DNA from: Rhodosorus marinus CCMP1338
Taxonomy: Eukaryota; Plantae; Rhodophyta
Reading direction: 5' to 3'
DNA: 64,000 nucleotides
Assembly (NCBI GenBank): GCA_029953675.1
Contig: JAMWBK010000001.1
Coordinates: 1-64,000, forward strand
Shown piece after piece: positions 19,321 through 31,800 of the stretch. Each line of letters opens with the position of its first letter. The first letter of the stretch is position 1. The notes beneath the pieces are model-generated. The model saw only the letters and a list, made by a program, of their open reading frames with translations, was not told the origin of the DNA and searched no databases. The translations under genes were made by a program, and so were the position numbers.

Positions 19321-21668
19321 CCAAGATTGGAGGTTTTCTTTGGGGGTTTGAGTTGGTTTTCGGTTGCGATTGGAGTCGTGTTCGGGTCCGAGAGTGTTCC
19401 TCGTTTCAGGCACATCCTCTCGCTGCCTTTCCCCCCGATTTTTCGGTTCTCTGGTTGGTTGTCGGGGATTCTTCCCTTTTGGGTGTGTTCTATACGGAGT
19501 TTTCGGTCTGAGGCGCTGGTTCGTGAGGGTTTTTTTGGTCGGGTTCCTTCGTGAAATTCCTGTTCATCACTTTTTTGCGTGATGGCCGGGGTCCCTCCGC
19601 GCTCCACTCCTGAGGGTCCGGAGATGTAACCCCAGCGGGCAGAGGTATCTACTGGGGCTGGACACAGAGCGTCTCTTAGCGCGGGCCCTTTCTCCACCAG
19701 GTGGAGTTACAGGGCGCCTCTGATAATCAAGTGCGTGCCCTGCTATCTGCTGTAACAAGCCTGATTACGGCCGCGAGCGATCGAGGTGTCATTTCTCAGC
19801 TCACCCAGAATCTAGGGGGGCTGGAATCGGGTCTCCTGGCGAGGGAAAATTCAAATTCGGGTCAGAATTTGAATTCCAACCGAGTGACCAATTTGGCGGA
19901 AGACAGTCAACTTCCCCAGGTCAATCAACAACAACCTGTCCCGGGTCTACCGACGGCGGCTCCGGGATCTGGAGGGGACAAATGTAGTTCCGCGGCTGGC
20001 GCCTCTTCGGAGAGGTTTGCGGAGCTGCCTCATCCTTCGAATGTTCCCTCAGCCGGAGCGGACTTTCCAGTCCTGGGCAGGCCCTCCGTGGGTCAAGGCC
20101 CAACGTGCGGCCCAGGAAGGAGCGGGTGATCGCCCCAAGGCGGGGCCATCGTACATTGGTGGCACTGCGGAAGGGCACCACAGTCCCCCGTACGGCGGCA
20201 ATGATAAGATTTTTGCCTCATACCGATGCTAATGTTGGAACCACGGACACGACCTCGCAATTTTTGTGGGTGCGGAACATTCGGCCGCAGACAACCCGTG
20301 GCCAGGTGCCGAGCATGCGCGATTTCCGCAACGATTTCGCGGAATCCTTGGGATACCGTCGGGAAGACTTTATATTTTCCAACTACGAGGATCGGGATGT
20401 TCTCTTCCTGGTCACATCGAACGCGGCAAAGTACCTGCAGGCCCTGCTGGCGAAGCCTACCGAGCAGTGGCCTGAGAGCGCCCGCTGGTTGAGTTCTCAA
20501 CCCCAGGTCGTACTGCATTTCGGGTTCGACCGTTTTTCGGGAACTTTCCTCTCTCCCGGAGAAACAGCAGGGCTCTCTGAGCACGAGAGTATGGTCGGCT
20601 GCGGCGGCGCCCCCTGGGCTACCGCGCTTCGCACCTTGGTTAGTTTTCGGATGCGAAGTGCTTGCCTTTTGGCCAGAGCACTGACTATCGAAGACCTCGT
20701 GACCCTTCCGCCACCGCTTTTGAGTATCTATGATGCTCTGCAACAGGTGTTCAGGAAGTGCAACGCCGTGGCGGACGAGAGCCGATCCAGATTTCGCTCC
20801 TGGAAGGAGCTGCTATGGGGACGAACTGAGGCGCTCGAGGACTCTCCCATCGACAGAGTACTCGCCGACGAGGGGGAAGCTAGCCCCGGGTCACCGGTTG
20901 CCGATTACTCGTGTATGAGCCGATTGTGGACCTGGCGCATTGATGTGATTCAACATAGCCTCACCTGGGGCCAACACAGTGCCGCTCACGCAATCTTGCT
21001 CAACCCTCCCCTCACCCCGCCTACCACCGCCCCTCGCCTCCGCGGCATGGGAGGCCATCTATCACATGTGTCGTTAACGACCCTGCCGTCATCACTGGGT
21101 CACCGTCTGGATGCCTTCCAGTTTCGCTCTCCCGCACGGATTTACCTGGGTTTGCCACAAGCTCCGTGGCACTCTAATCGGCCGTCTTTCTGTCAGAGAT
21201 GTGAGAGTCGGATCGATGCTTGTGGTTACCATTTCTTAGGTTCATGCGGACTGTTGAGAGGTCTTCGTACGAGGCGTCACACTCGCTTCAAGTAAGTACA
21301 TCCTCAGCGAATGTTTGACTCGGGTAGGGCATACGGTTGAGGTGGAATTGGAACTACCCAGATCGGTCTCGGACACGGCACCAGCCCGCTGTATCGCAGA
21401 TCTTCTCGTCTCCGATGCTGCCGCCAGACGCTCAGCATACGTTGACCTCGCGATTACATGCCCTGTGGCAAGCGCCCATCTCACGGCTGCCGCCCGCCGC
21501 CGGGGAGCAGCTGCTTCGGCCCTTCGCCGCGTGAAGGAACGACGGGATGCTGAGAGTATTTCCAGCCTGCCTCGCGTTGAAGGTCGCTCCCACCGGTTCC
21601 AGCCTTTCATTGTGGAAAGCTTTGGTCACGTGGAGAAGTCGGGTTTGGAGTGGTTGCGGAAATGTTTC
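19320..21668 (+). mobile_element. Family B copy 3: internally deleted (ORF1 joined to the ORF2 C-terminus, RT missing) and 3'-truncated
   Basis: ORF 20105-21295 runs from ORF1 (GLSEHES) into the post-RT region of ORF2 (PWATALRTL) at about 20590-20610. RLE motifs follow, and the copy ends abruptly at LRKCF. Confidence 0.88.
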
Positions 21669-21705
21669 ACTGTTGATCCAGTGGCGACGTCGTGGTCCCC
21701 TTTGG

Positions 21706-22227
21706 TTAGTCCTGTGCACCAGCCAGGCTGAGTGCTATCTCCTTGGCTTCATCGTAGGTGCGGGGTCGACTGTAAGAGACGAAATCTCGCTCACGACCCG
21801 TCAAGCCCGCTTTGAAGCGGTCCAGCTTCTCCGAGTCGCTGATGTTTGCGCCTAGCTGCATAAATAGTTCGTCGAGGTAGTCTACAAACCGTGCAACGCC
21901 GGGGCCCCGTTGGAGGGCGCTTCGGAGTTTCGTTCGGACCCGCTCGATATGGTCGTGCGGCTGGAACTGGGTCCGTACGCGGCCCCGAATGCGTCCTAGA
22001 GATTCGAGGGTCTCCCGTATGCCGTCCAGTCCTCGGGCGAGACCCTGGTACCAGGTTTGAGCCTGGTCCTTAAGGAAGAGGCCCGAGTACCGGACCGACT
22101 GCTGGTCGGCTTTGGCGACTGCGTGGAACTCGAGATAGCCGCGCAATGACGCCAGAAATGTCTCGATCCTGAAGTAGTCGCCCCGGCCGACGTATTGGTC
22201 CGGTTGGGGAATCGAGAAAGTTGCCAT
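21706..22227 (-). mobile_element. Ty3/gypsy-type Gag (capsid) ORF, truncated LTR-retrotransposon remnant
   Basis: 173-aa ORF with IPQPDQYVG..IETFL..L..Y..A.TWY..F..(H)..R.KLRSA.Q..V..FVDYL..L..SEKLDRFKAGL, the typical retrotransposon Gag capsid pattern. No pol follows. Confidence 0.75.
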
Positions 22228-22465
22228 GTTCCCGCTCTGGTATATCTTTTTTTATTCTTTCTTTTCCTGTTTTGGAGCTGGTTCCTCTCTCTCTCTCCCT
22301 TCGTAAATCAGCCTGGTCACTGATAAATAGTAGTCAACGGCTTTTTGGAACCGTAATGTCGTCCAGTTCCACGCTGTATTGAAAAATAAAACCACCCCAG
22401 TGCAGGGGCTCAACATGGTTATCCGAAGATATTCTCAAACAACCGATCAAAACGGAACACCAATC

Positions 22466-23677
22466 TGGACTTTACTGGACTTTACTAGCATAGCCTGAAG
22501 CGCTACGCAAGGTGTGAAGATGAACTAATAACTAGAGAGGGAAGCATGCAACCCCAGGCGCCGATGGCGCGCCTCGGAAAGCATGTCGCTGGAATATCGC
22601 CAAAGGGAGACACTTAAACGCCTCAAGAGCGCCAAATATTCAGTAGGATGCTCGGCAAAACATTTCCGCAACCACTCTAAACCCGACTTATCCACACTTT
22701 ACTGGACTTTACTAGCATAGCCTGAAGCGCTACGCAAGGCGTGAAGATGAACTAATAACTAGGGAGGGAAGCATGCAACCCCAGGAGCCGATGGCGCCCC
22801 TCGGAAAGCATGTCGCTGGAATATCGCCAAAGGGAGACACTTAAACGCCTCAAGAGCGCCAAATATTCAGTAGGATGCTCAGCAAAACATTTCCGCAACC
22901 ACTCTAAACCCGACTTATCCACGTGACCAAAGCTTTCCACAATGAATGGCTGGAACCGGTGAGAGCGACCCTCAGCGCAAGGCAGACTGGCCATGCTCTC
23001 AGCATACCGTCGTTGGGCTTTACTAGCATCGCTTTATTGGCATAGCCTAAAGCGCTACGCATACCGTGAAAAGGAACGAAGAACTAAAGTAGGGAAGCGT
23101 GCAAACCCAGGCATCGACGGCGCGCCTCGGCAAGCATGCTGCTCGAATATCGCCACAGAGAGACACTTCAACGCCGCAAAAGTTCCAAGTATTCAACAGG
23201 ATGCTCAGTAATATATTTCCGCAACCACTCCAAACCCGACTTCTCCACGTGACCAAAGCTTTCCACAATGAAAGGCTGGAACCGGTAGGAGCGACCCTCA
23301 GCGCGAGGCAGGCTGGCCATACTCTCAGCATACTGTCGTTCCTGCACGCGGCGAAGGGCCGAAGCAGCTGCTCCCCGGCGCCGGGCGGCAGCCGTGAGAT
23401 GGGCGCTCGCCACAGGGCATGTAATCGCGAGGTCAGCATATGCTGAGCGTCCGGCGTTATTAGCATACCCTGAAGCGCTACGCAAGGCGTGAAAAGGAAC
23501 TAAGAACTAGGTAGGGAAGCGTGCAAACTCAGGCGCCTATGGCGCCCCTCGGTAAGCATGCTACTCGAATATCGCCAAAGAGAGAGACTTAAACTCAGCA
23601 AAAGTTCCACGTATTCAAAAGGATGCTCATTAAAATATTTCCGCAACCACTCCAAACCCGACTTCTCCACATGACCG
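22466..23677 (-). mobile_element. Head-to-tail array of four 5'-truncated family B 3' ends in inverted orientation
   Basis: Units lie at about 22466-22695, 22696-23014, 23015-23454 and 23455-23677, each ending in the family B 3' UTR and tail. The 22696-23014 unit is almost identical to the 3' end of copy 1. Confidence 0.9.
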
Positions 23678-23679
23678 AA

Positions 23680-24570
23680 CGAACGAATGGTTTAATCGGA
23701 GGCTGAAAAAAAAACAACCCCGAGGGGAAAAAAAGCTAAGTGCGGCGAAGAACTCGCGCCTCCAACATCAAAGCGGCATTCATGCGCCACAGCAGGAAAC
23801 TTAAGCGGGTAAACAACGATTGAAGACGGTCAGGGCATTCGCGGAACAACTCCCGAAGCCAGCGAGAACCAACAGAGTCCATGAACCCAAAGCACTCAAT
23901 GATCAGGGGTACCAAGCGATGTGCTAGTGCCGAAGCACGAACACCAGGGAAGACAAAGCCCCCGCGTATTTGATCTCTTTGCGGCGTCTCATGCTGGCGG
24001 CGGCAGATCCACGGCGCTCCCCCGCAGCCGGGAGATAACGACTAGCTTGAGGGTTAGGAACAGCAAGATCAACGTATGTGGTACGGCGGCTGTCGTCACA
24101 GGTGATCACCAGGTCGGCTACACGGCGTTCATCATTTTGAAAGTCCGCGACGGGTAAAGGTTTCTCACGTTCGATTTCCAGACCGGCTTGCCGGACTATA
24201 GGCCGAAGTTCCCGGTATAACAGGTTCAAGATCCGTGTATGGCGGCGGGTTCGAGCACCTTTCACCGCCGGGCAACTAGCGAGCAGGTGGGCGCCAAAAT
24301 CTGCGTTGTCTTCAGTCTCAGAGCAGAGAGGGCACGACGAACCCATCTCGTACGGCCAAGGGGGCTGATGTAAGCCGAGGTATAAGCGCAGTGAAGTACT
24401 CACTTCGAAATCCGACAGTGCGAGTGGCGGAAAGGCTGGTACGGTCATGAGCCACTGAGAGCTAATAACCCCTCCAAGACTACGTAGGCGGGCGCGAGCG
24501 CGAGAAGATGAGACCATCTGCGCGAGGAGTCGGCCATATGCAGCACGGTGCAAGTCCCAAGAAAGGATAT
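23680..24570 (-). mobile_element. Family C CRE-like retrotransposon, 5'-truncated 3' portion (CCHC knuckle, RLE and 3' UTR)
   Basis: ARARLRSLGG..WLMTVP..CPLC..HLLASC..RHTRI..VADLVI..YVDLAVPNP..KEIKY, then after a frameshift LVPLIIECFG..RLSFLLWRMNAALML..* (stop at about 23736) and a T-rich 3' UTR. Confidence 0.88.
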
Positions 24571-24573
24571 TTT

Positions 24574-24929
24574 ACCAAAGCTTTCCACAATGAAAGGCTG
24601 GAACCGGTGGGAGCGACCCTCAGCGCAAGGCAGGCTGGCCATACTCTCAACATACCGTAGTTCTTTCACTCGGCGAAGGGCCGAAGGCAGCTGCTCCCCG
24701 CGGCGGGCGGCGGCCGTGAGATGGGCGCTTGCCACAAGGCATGCAATCGCGAGGTCAACATATGCTTTATGGCTTTATTGGCTTTATTAGCATAGCCTAA
24801 AGCGCTACGCACATGGCTTTATTGGCTTAACCTGAAGCGCTACGCAAACCGTGAAAAGGAACTAAGAACTAGAGCAAGCGCTTCCCGTAAACGAACACGC
24901 TCGCGACCGAAAAAGAAACAAAACCCCAA
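24574..24929 (-). mobile_element. Family B composite: 5' UTR piece, reiterated tails and an RLE fragment
   Basis: About 54 bp in 24873-24929 are identical to the copy 1 5' UTR (9194-9247) and are joined to 3' UTR/tail units (24765-24872). An RLE fragment follows (24574-24764). Confidence 0.85.
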
Positions 24930-25806
24930 TTCTCGACAACAACTCCTCCCTTTGAGTAACTTGAAGCATCCCTTTTCCCCAGTCTTGCTGCGGAGACGCG
25001 ATTTCCACCCAAGCCTACTATTCTTTTGTTTTGGTAAAGGTCGGGGGGACGCAACCTAGGGCGCGTTCGTGATAAGGGGATACGTACGCAAACTTGCAGA
25101 TTTGAAGCCGTAGAAATCATCCTGACCTATAGCGAATCATTTGCAATCGATGGACTCTACCTCTCCTATGAACGGTTTGCAAGCCGGTCTTCAAGTTGGT
25201 CCGTGATAACATAAGGCGCAATGCCATGCGTTCTTTTGCTCCATGGCCAGTTCGTTTTCAAGGTTGGGAAGTGCCTGATGAACGGATGAAGTTTTACACA
25301 TTCCCTAACTAGTCCGGAGGAAGCCTGAAGACAAACGTGGACTACCTCGAGGAAGAGCGCTACTGGGCTACAGCAGTGGGTCAGAGATGTCTTCCAGAGA
25401 ATGCCGATAAGCCGGCTTATCGGGATCCTCACGAAATTAATTACGCATCCAAACTTATCATCATCATTGACTTTCGAAGAATTGAAAGGACTCAACAACG
25501 TCGCCCACCCAGGTGAGAAATTAACGGTACGCACCGCCGTCTCAAGGCGTCCGCCCGGATAATCCGGTAAAGGTGTAAGTAGCAAGCCTTTACTGTATAA
25601 CTTATGCCGTAAAGGCTCAGTATCACTGAGTATACTGAAAGCTTGTTTTTATATAGGTTCACCTGTCAAAAGTTAGATAATATATCGATCAGCTAGTTTG
25701 CAAGTGGATGAAAACGCTTAAAAAGACGATTCCTTCCTTGGTTCCAACTCGGCGGCCCTGTGAGCACTATATTTCTCGACTCCGCATTTTCCGAAGAGCT
25801 TCCGTT

Positions 25807-28800
25807 CTACCGCCTTAATGGGGAATCAACCGCGGCGTCAGCGCTGACGAAGAATACTTTCAGAACGTGATCATTTGTATGACTATGATCCCCGCTCATG
25901 ATTGAGATTGAAGGTGAGCACTTAGAGAAGAAGCTGTTGGGCGCAAGGAACAGGTTGACAAAAGTAAACCGTAGTTCTGCCATAGTCGACGTTGCTCTGT
26001 AAGAGACACTCCCGTGCACATCTGCTGTCAGTTCACGGCCACCATCGCTTTCAAAAAAACCGGCCGAGTTTGCTTCAATCCTCAGAGGTGGTTCCCTCCT
26101 CCAGATACCGCTCTTCAGCTCTGAACCGTTCAGCGTTAAGTCTTCTTCTAGGTTGTTTGCAATAACAAATTGTACACTGCGATGCGAGGATGCATCTCGT
26201 TGCGGTGAGTTCTGAGCCACATAGAGGATTTCCTCAAGCCGCCTGTTCTCGAATGCTGGCGCACCGCCCACGCTCGGGCTTCTGTTGTCCCTGTTGACTG
26301 GTCCGAGCATTACATCATCTTGCCACTGATTCCTCATTCTCTTCACGCTGGATAGCAGCTCCAAAAACAGCTCCCGAGACGCAACGGAACCACACACAAT
26401 AGCCGGCCAAAAGGTTTTCTGCGATGACCGTGATGGACGTACTCCGATAAGCAGTACGTCTTCTTCTTCTTCTGACTTTTTCAGTTCATGTATGCTATCT
26501 AGTGGACATGCCCAGACAAGCCCTTTCCGCAATCTGACAATAACAACTCGAGATGTGGAGATCAACGCAAGCACATGCTTCTTGTCCTGGTCATCATCTT
26601 CATCTTTGACGTCCGCGTCAGGACCGGGGGCAGCCACAGAGACATTAGCAGTTCCGACCCCTTCCCGAATCGTATCGCGCAAAACCCCCCACAGCTCCCA
26701 GATTCCATCTTCATCCGGTTGAGAGTCTGCCAGAACCAACCAGCTGATCACGTGCTCCTGATACCCAAGCGAAGAAAATAAAATTTGCGCAAAAGCTCGT
26801 CGCAAGTCGTAACGACTCAGTCGATATCCTGGAAATGAACGTGGTGGACGCATCCACCTCCCGGTTGCTATTCTCCTAGAAGCTTGACACATGAGCTCCA
26901 ACCTTATCTCGTTCGGCGTACCCTTCAGCAGCTCGTTGATCTTGCTGCCTACGAGCTGAGCTGGGCTCGTCAGCTCTACGTTCCTGGTTCCATTCGTTCC
27001 TATTATGGACCCTGCTGTAAATTTCGAAGGGGAGTATAGGGGTTCAATCTGAAGCGTTGCTTCCCTGGGACTTCTCATAGGTTGCGCTTTCGTGGACAAT
27101 GAACCTGAACCCCCTTCTGATCCGCCAGAGCACTCCGGGGAGGACACTGTGGTTCCTCGAGCGGTCGCACGGTCGGAGGCTGAGGGTTGCAAGCGTCCTT
27201 CCCCAGCTGCTTTGGGCCTTTTGGTTTCTGCGAAGAGACCCTGGGCACTGCTCGTGATCAAATCGATAACCGCCGCAGGTCTGCTCAGTAGATTGCTAGA
27301 GGTAAGCAACTTGAAGCCTTGACCTTGGAGTTGCTCGAAGTAAAATTTGGAGCTCATATTCTGAAGCCCGTCAAGAGTTGCAAACAGGTGTCGCGCCTGC
27401 AGGGGTTGAAACCGGAACTCAGCATCCTCCACGTTGCCGACAAGCGCTATCATATTCCGAGCAACGGCGAAGAGTTGTGATCTGTTGGAGCTGGTCAGGG
27501 TCCACTATTGATTTCCAATTAGCCAACAACAGAAACAGGTTCGTAGTGAGTGGGCGGAGAACCGTGTCGCAGTGGCAACCACGAACAGCTGCTGCTTACC
27601 AAGCTCGCTGGAGAGGCCGAAATGGAGAGAGTGATTTGAGTAGCATGAACTTCCAGATTCTTGAAGTAGATCCTTCGCGTTTTTTGCTCGCTGACTTCTT
27701 CTTCGTAGAGTTCAAGAAGATCGCTCTGAATGTCCTCTACTAATTCTTCAAAACTGCGCGGTTCGTTGATGCCCATAGCTGCATAGAGAAACTGCCGGAG
27801 GCGAAGGACGATTTCTTCGTCGATTCTTAGGTGCACATTTTGCAGCACAACGCGAAGCTCGTTTATGACTTTGACAGTCAGCTTCTCCAAGTTGAATTCG
27901 CAGCACAAGTTGATTCTCAAGATGGCCGGTCGCCCATCGTTGCCTCCGTTAAGGAGTTCATCGGTTGAGCCCCCTTTCGCCCTAGGAATTCCGCTTCCAA
28001 CTTGCGCGCTCAATCCTTCCTCGCGAGTTGAATCTAGATTTTCCGGTCGCATTTCACTCTCCGTACTTGCCTGCGGTGTCGGGACTTTGACAACGGCGGG
28101 GCTAGAGGAGGCCCGTAAAATGTCGTAGTGCTTTGCATCCAACAACTGGTTGTCAATTTGAAGATCGCCAATGTTGAAGTCAAGATCTAGCTCACCCTTA
28201 GGCCTCTCCAGATGTACGATAAGATGCAGATCGATCACTCTGGCGTACATAATCTCAACGGGCGTAAGGTCCACAAAGGATATGCCAATGCGGGGCATTA
28301 CAACAACCAATTTCGCTGACAAGTCCTCCTGCGCAAAGTGCTCAAGCCCGCCGTGCCAATCCCCGGCACCGGGATGCGCTTTCGACGCCAACATCTCAAC
28401 CGGGGCGTGAGACTCCGGTTTTCTGCCCCATCGAATCCCTTCGTCATCTCGGCTGAAGGCGGAAAAGCCTTGACCGATGAAGTTATCCCAAGGTAGAAAG
28501 TCCGGGACTGATTCACTTCCCTTCTCAGCCTCACCGCTCGACGTTTCCTTCTCGTCGGCAAAGGTGACGATTTTACAGGACCTCTCGACCTCGACGGACA
28601 CGAACACCGGCCCACTGCCGAAGAAAATTTGCTCTGATTTTACCTCTTCAATTGAGAGCTCGAACGACATCTTCGCAGCCCCTTGGGAACCCTCCCCCTC
28701 TCCCATCAGCCGGACGACCAGGCTGGGGATCGTTGTGACGTCACGGCGTTGCCTCCCTAAAGACGGCGGAACGTCCCATGAATACCTTGCGCTTTGAAAA

Positions 28801-31800
28801 GGGCGCAGTAACCACACTCGTCCTTCGTGACCCAGCTGGTTGTACGCGATTCGATGATTCCGACATCGGTTTCTTATCAAATATGGCGCTCGGTCGAGGT
28901 TCTCAGCATGAATGACGAGCTTAGGAATATTGGTTGCTCCCAGCTTGGTACTGGCAGTTGCTATGTACTGCTCACCGGTTTTTGGGTTGTACATCTTTAC
29001 GGGAAGTATGTCGTCGAGAGTCACGGGTACAGCATGGCTCCAGAACCACTCACTACTGCCCCGCGGCGATGTTAGTCTAACGAACACACAGGCTTCGGAG
29101 GGCGGACTTGTTGTGTGAATCATACTCAATTGGCCTGGTTTCAGAATGCTGACGTGATCTCGAGGGACCATGCCCTGGATGTTCATAAACGACGAATCGC
29201 ACCATTCAAAATCTCGATTCGATTTGTTCTCAATCCATAATGCGTTGACTATCCTCAGGAGCACTGTGTTGGTTGAAGTGTGCTTTCCCTGAATCCGCAT
29301 CAGGAGCTTCAGAGAGTAGCCTTGGACCTCTAAGTCGATCACATCGTGAACTGATGCCAAATTGATGGTCTGCGGTCTCCCCCTCGTACCTCCCACCGTC
29401 CTAATTGATATGAAGGGTCCTTTGAACGCAAAAAAGTGGTTGTAATCGTTGGAGGCCGCGGATCGCGCTGGGAGAATTGTCGTACCAGAGCGCGAATCCG
29501 GAGGACCGGATTCCGGCGACCAGGTTTGAACTTCCAAATCTATATCGGAATCGTTTGATGTCCAATACGGTGCAAAGGCAATCAACGTGCGTCCATATTC
29601 CTCCTCACGGACATCCATGTGCACTGGCGATTCCATTGCCTTGCAGCCGTAGATAGGGAGCTCTGAGGGTTTCTTATCCGTCTTCATCTGCACCGTCACC
29701 TCTGCGCCAAAAGGAAACGATGTTGCTGATGGGTCTGCACTCAGAATGTCGTTGCTGAAGGCCACCTTCAGCACGATGCTGACGGGGTCTGGGTCCACAG
29801 AGTGGAAACAGACCCGCTCGTGCTTAGCCAGCTCTGCGACAATACCAGAGTCACAGTCGCGTCCACTTGGTTGAAGCTGTAGCCGCAGCGGACGTGGCAG
29901 TCGATTGATGATGGTGAGTGGTGGACACGCTCTGACGTCAAGCATCTGTCTGCTGAAGCCAAAGGTTGAGCTATCAGTTGAGTCCCTCACGATTCGGTTA
30001 AGCACAAGGTTGAAAATCTGCTCTCCGGGTTCCTTGCTGCGGCAGGTGAGTATTGTCTTTTGCGCTGAGGCGGGAGCATTCAAGTTTGCAGGCGGGTGTG
30101 TTTCACCTCCCGCAGCAGCCTTTCTCGGTGAATGTTCAAACCCTACATGATCACCCCTGCTATCCTTGATGAGTCGAGTATGACTTCGATCCTCTGCCAA
30201 CGACAGAGCAAGGAGCTGTGTCATTCGAAACGAGTCGCTCCACAGGTACTGACCACCAGCTTGGAACTTCGGTCTCATGACAAAATCCACATCTGCCATC
30301 GCCAATGGGACTTCCCAAACTTGATCAGGAGCAATCACATGTGGTGTTGAGGATTCCTCCCTCACACCACTCTGGGATGAAGCGGACCAAACGGGAATGA
30401 AGCCAACGAAAGAGCCACGTCCACCCAGGTTCGCGACACAAAAGTAACAAAACGTTTGAGGTTCTGGCCGGTACTAACAGCACAGTCCCTCTCACTCCCC
30501 CTCAGTTGTTTTGTGTTTTAACATACCTTGATCTCCAAAGGAACTTGCAACCGATTCTCCAGCCTGTGTAACGACCTCGCGGTTGCTACGGGGATGCCAT
30601 TGTGCATGGAAACGTCCCAAACTAGTGGATGCTACGCGAGTTTGTGAATATGAGATGCGGAAATAAAGTTAGTTTGGCAGCGAGAAACCCGGATAATCTG
30701 CAACACGAATAAAGAGGGACACCGGTGCATGTTTTTGAACGCTTTGGTTATGAACATGGCGTCGTGTTCTGCTTACCAGCTGTACGAGTGCTTCAGGAGA
30801 ATCCTTCACAAGCTTCGCGATCTGCAGCCCTTCCTCGGCAGCTGACAGTAACGTAGGTTTAAAGCCTTCTACTTGAATTACGCATCTGAAAATCCCGCCT
30901 CTAAGCTCTGCTCCGAAACTCTCCCCTACCATCAACTGCGATTTCGAGATCATCACGTGGTACTCTTCGCCGCTTTCGATTGTCACGGCTTCCCCCTCCC
31001 TCGAAGGCAAAACATCAATGTCTTGCCCAGTACGATTTCGTACGCAATACGCAGCCACGCTTGGTCGGTCCACGTCGTTCATAATCAGGTCCTCTAGCTT
31101 TCCTTGTACGATGTTCTCAACCGCGGTTTTCAGTGCCCGAAATATTCTGACTGAACCCTTAATCGTCAATGGTGTCACGTTTACCATGAGCTCACGATCG
31201 GATTGAACGAGCACTGCACGTTGACCGGACGTGGTTGTTGCGGTCAGCTCCAGCTTAGAGGGTTCCAAGCCAGGTACCCACCATCCTTTGCTGGAGTCAA
31301 ACAAACCTATGCTCAGCTCCGTATGAAAATACAGAATGGATGACAACGACGCGCGGATGGTGCTCCCTTGCATTCTTGCTTCCAGGATCGGGAGGTACTG
31401 CTCGGAGTCTTCGCTTGTGATAAGAATTCTCGCTCCCGCGACTGACATGTAGACGCGAACAGATCTGTTTTCACTAGCCGACGAAGATTGTCCGAGATCC
31501 CTGCTGCCAAGGGCTGAGAAGGAGTTCACCATTCGGTTCCCGACCGCCACTATAAGATTGGCATCCTCGACTGCTAACCGGCAAAGAAGTGAGTCGCAAG
31601 ATACGCTCAACAAAAGTAGCCGATTCTGTACATCGGACATTTCTATATCGATTCCGACGTCCGCAGGAAACAGGAGCGGTGTCTTCAGGCCCGGGGAAAT
31701 TCCGGCTCGCTCTGAATTCTCGTCCATACCGTTGCTGACGAATAACTGCAGTCCTTTGGCTGATACTCTTATTTTTCTATCGAAGGAAAGCGACGACGAG

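Noticed and set aside
19584-19640. GGCCGG start resembling an HDV-like ribozyme, plus a GTAACCCCAG telomere 10-mer
   Set aside because: I could not build the nested double pseudoknot. The region is the ORF1 start and is not conserved in copies 1 and 2, and a 10-mer match is plausible by chance.
25166-25585. 139-aa minus-strand ORF downstream of VPS13
   Set aside because: It has no ATG start or recognisable motif, and I could not splice it convincingly to VPS13.
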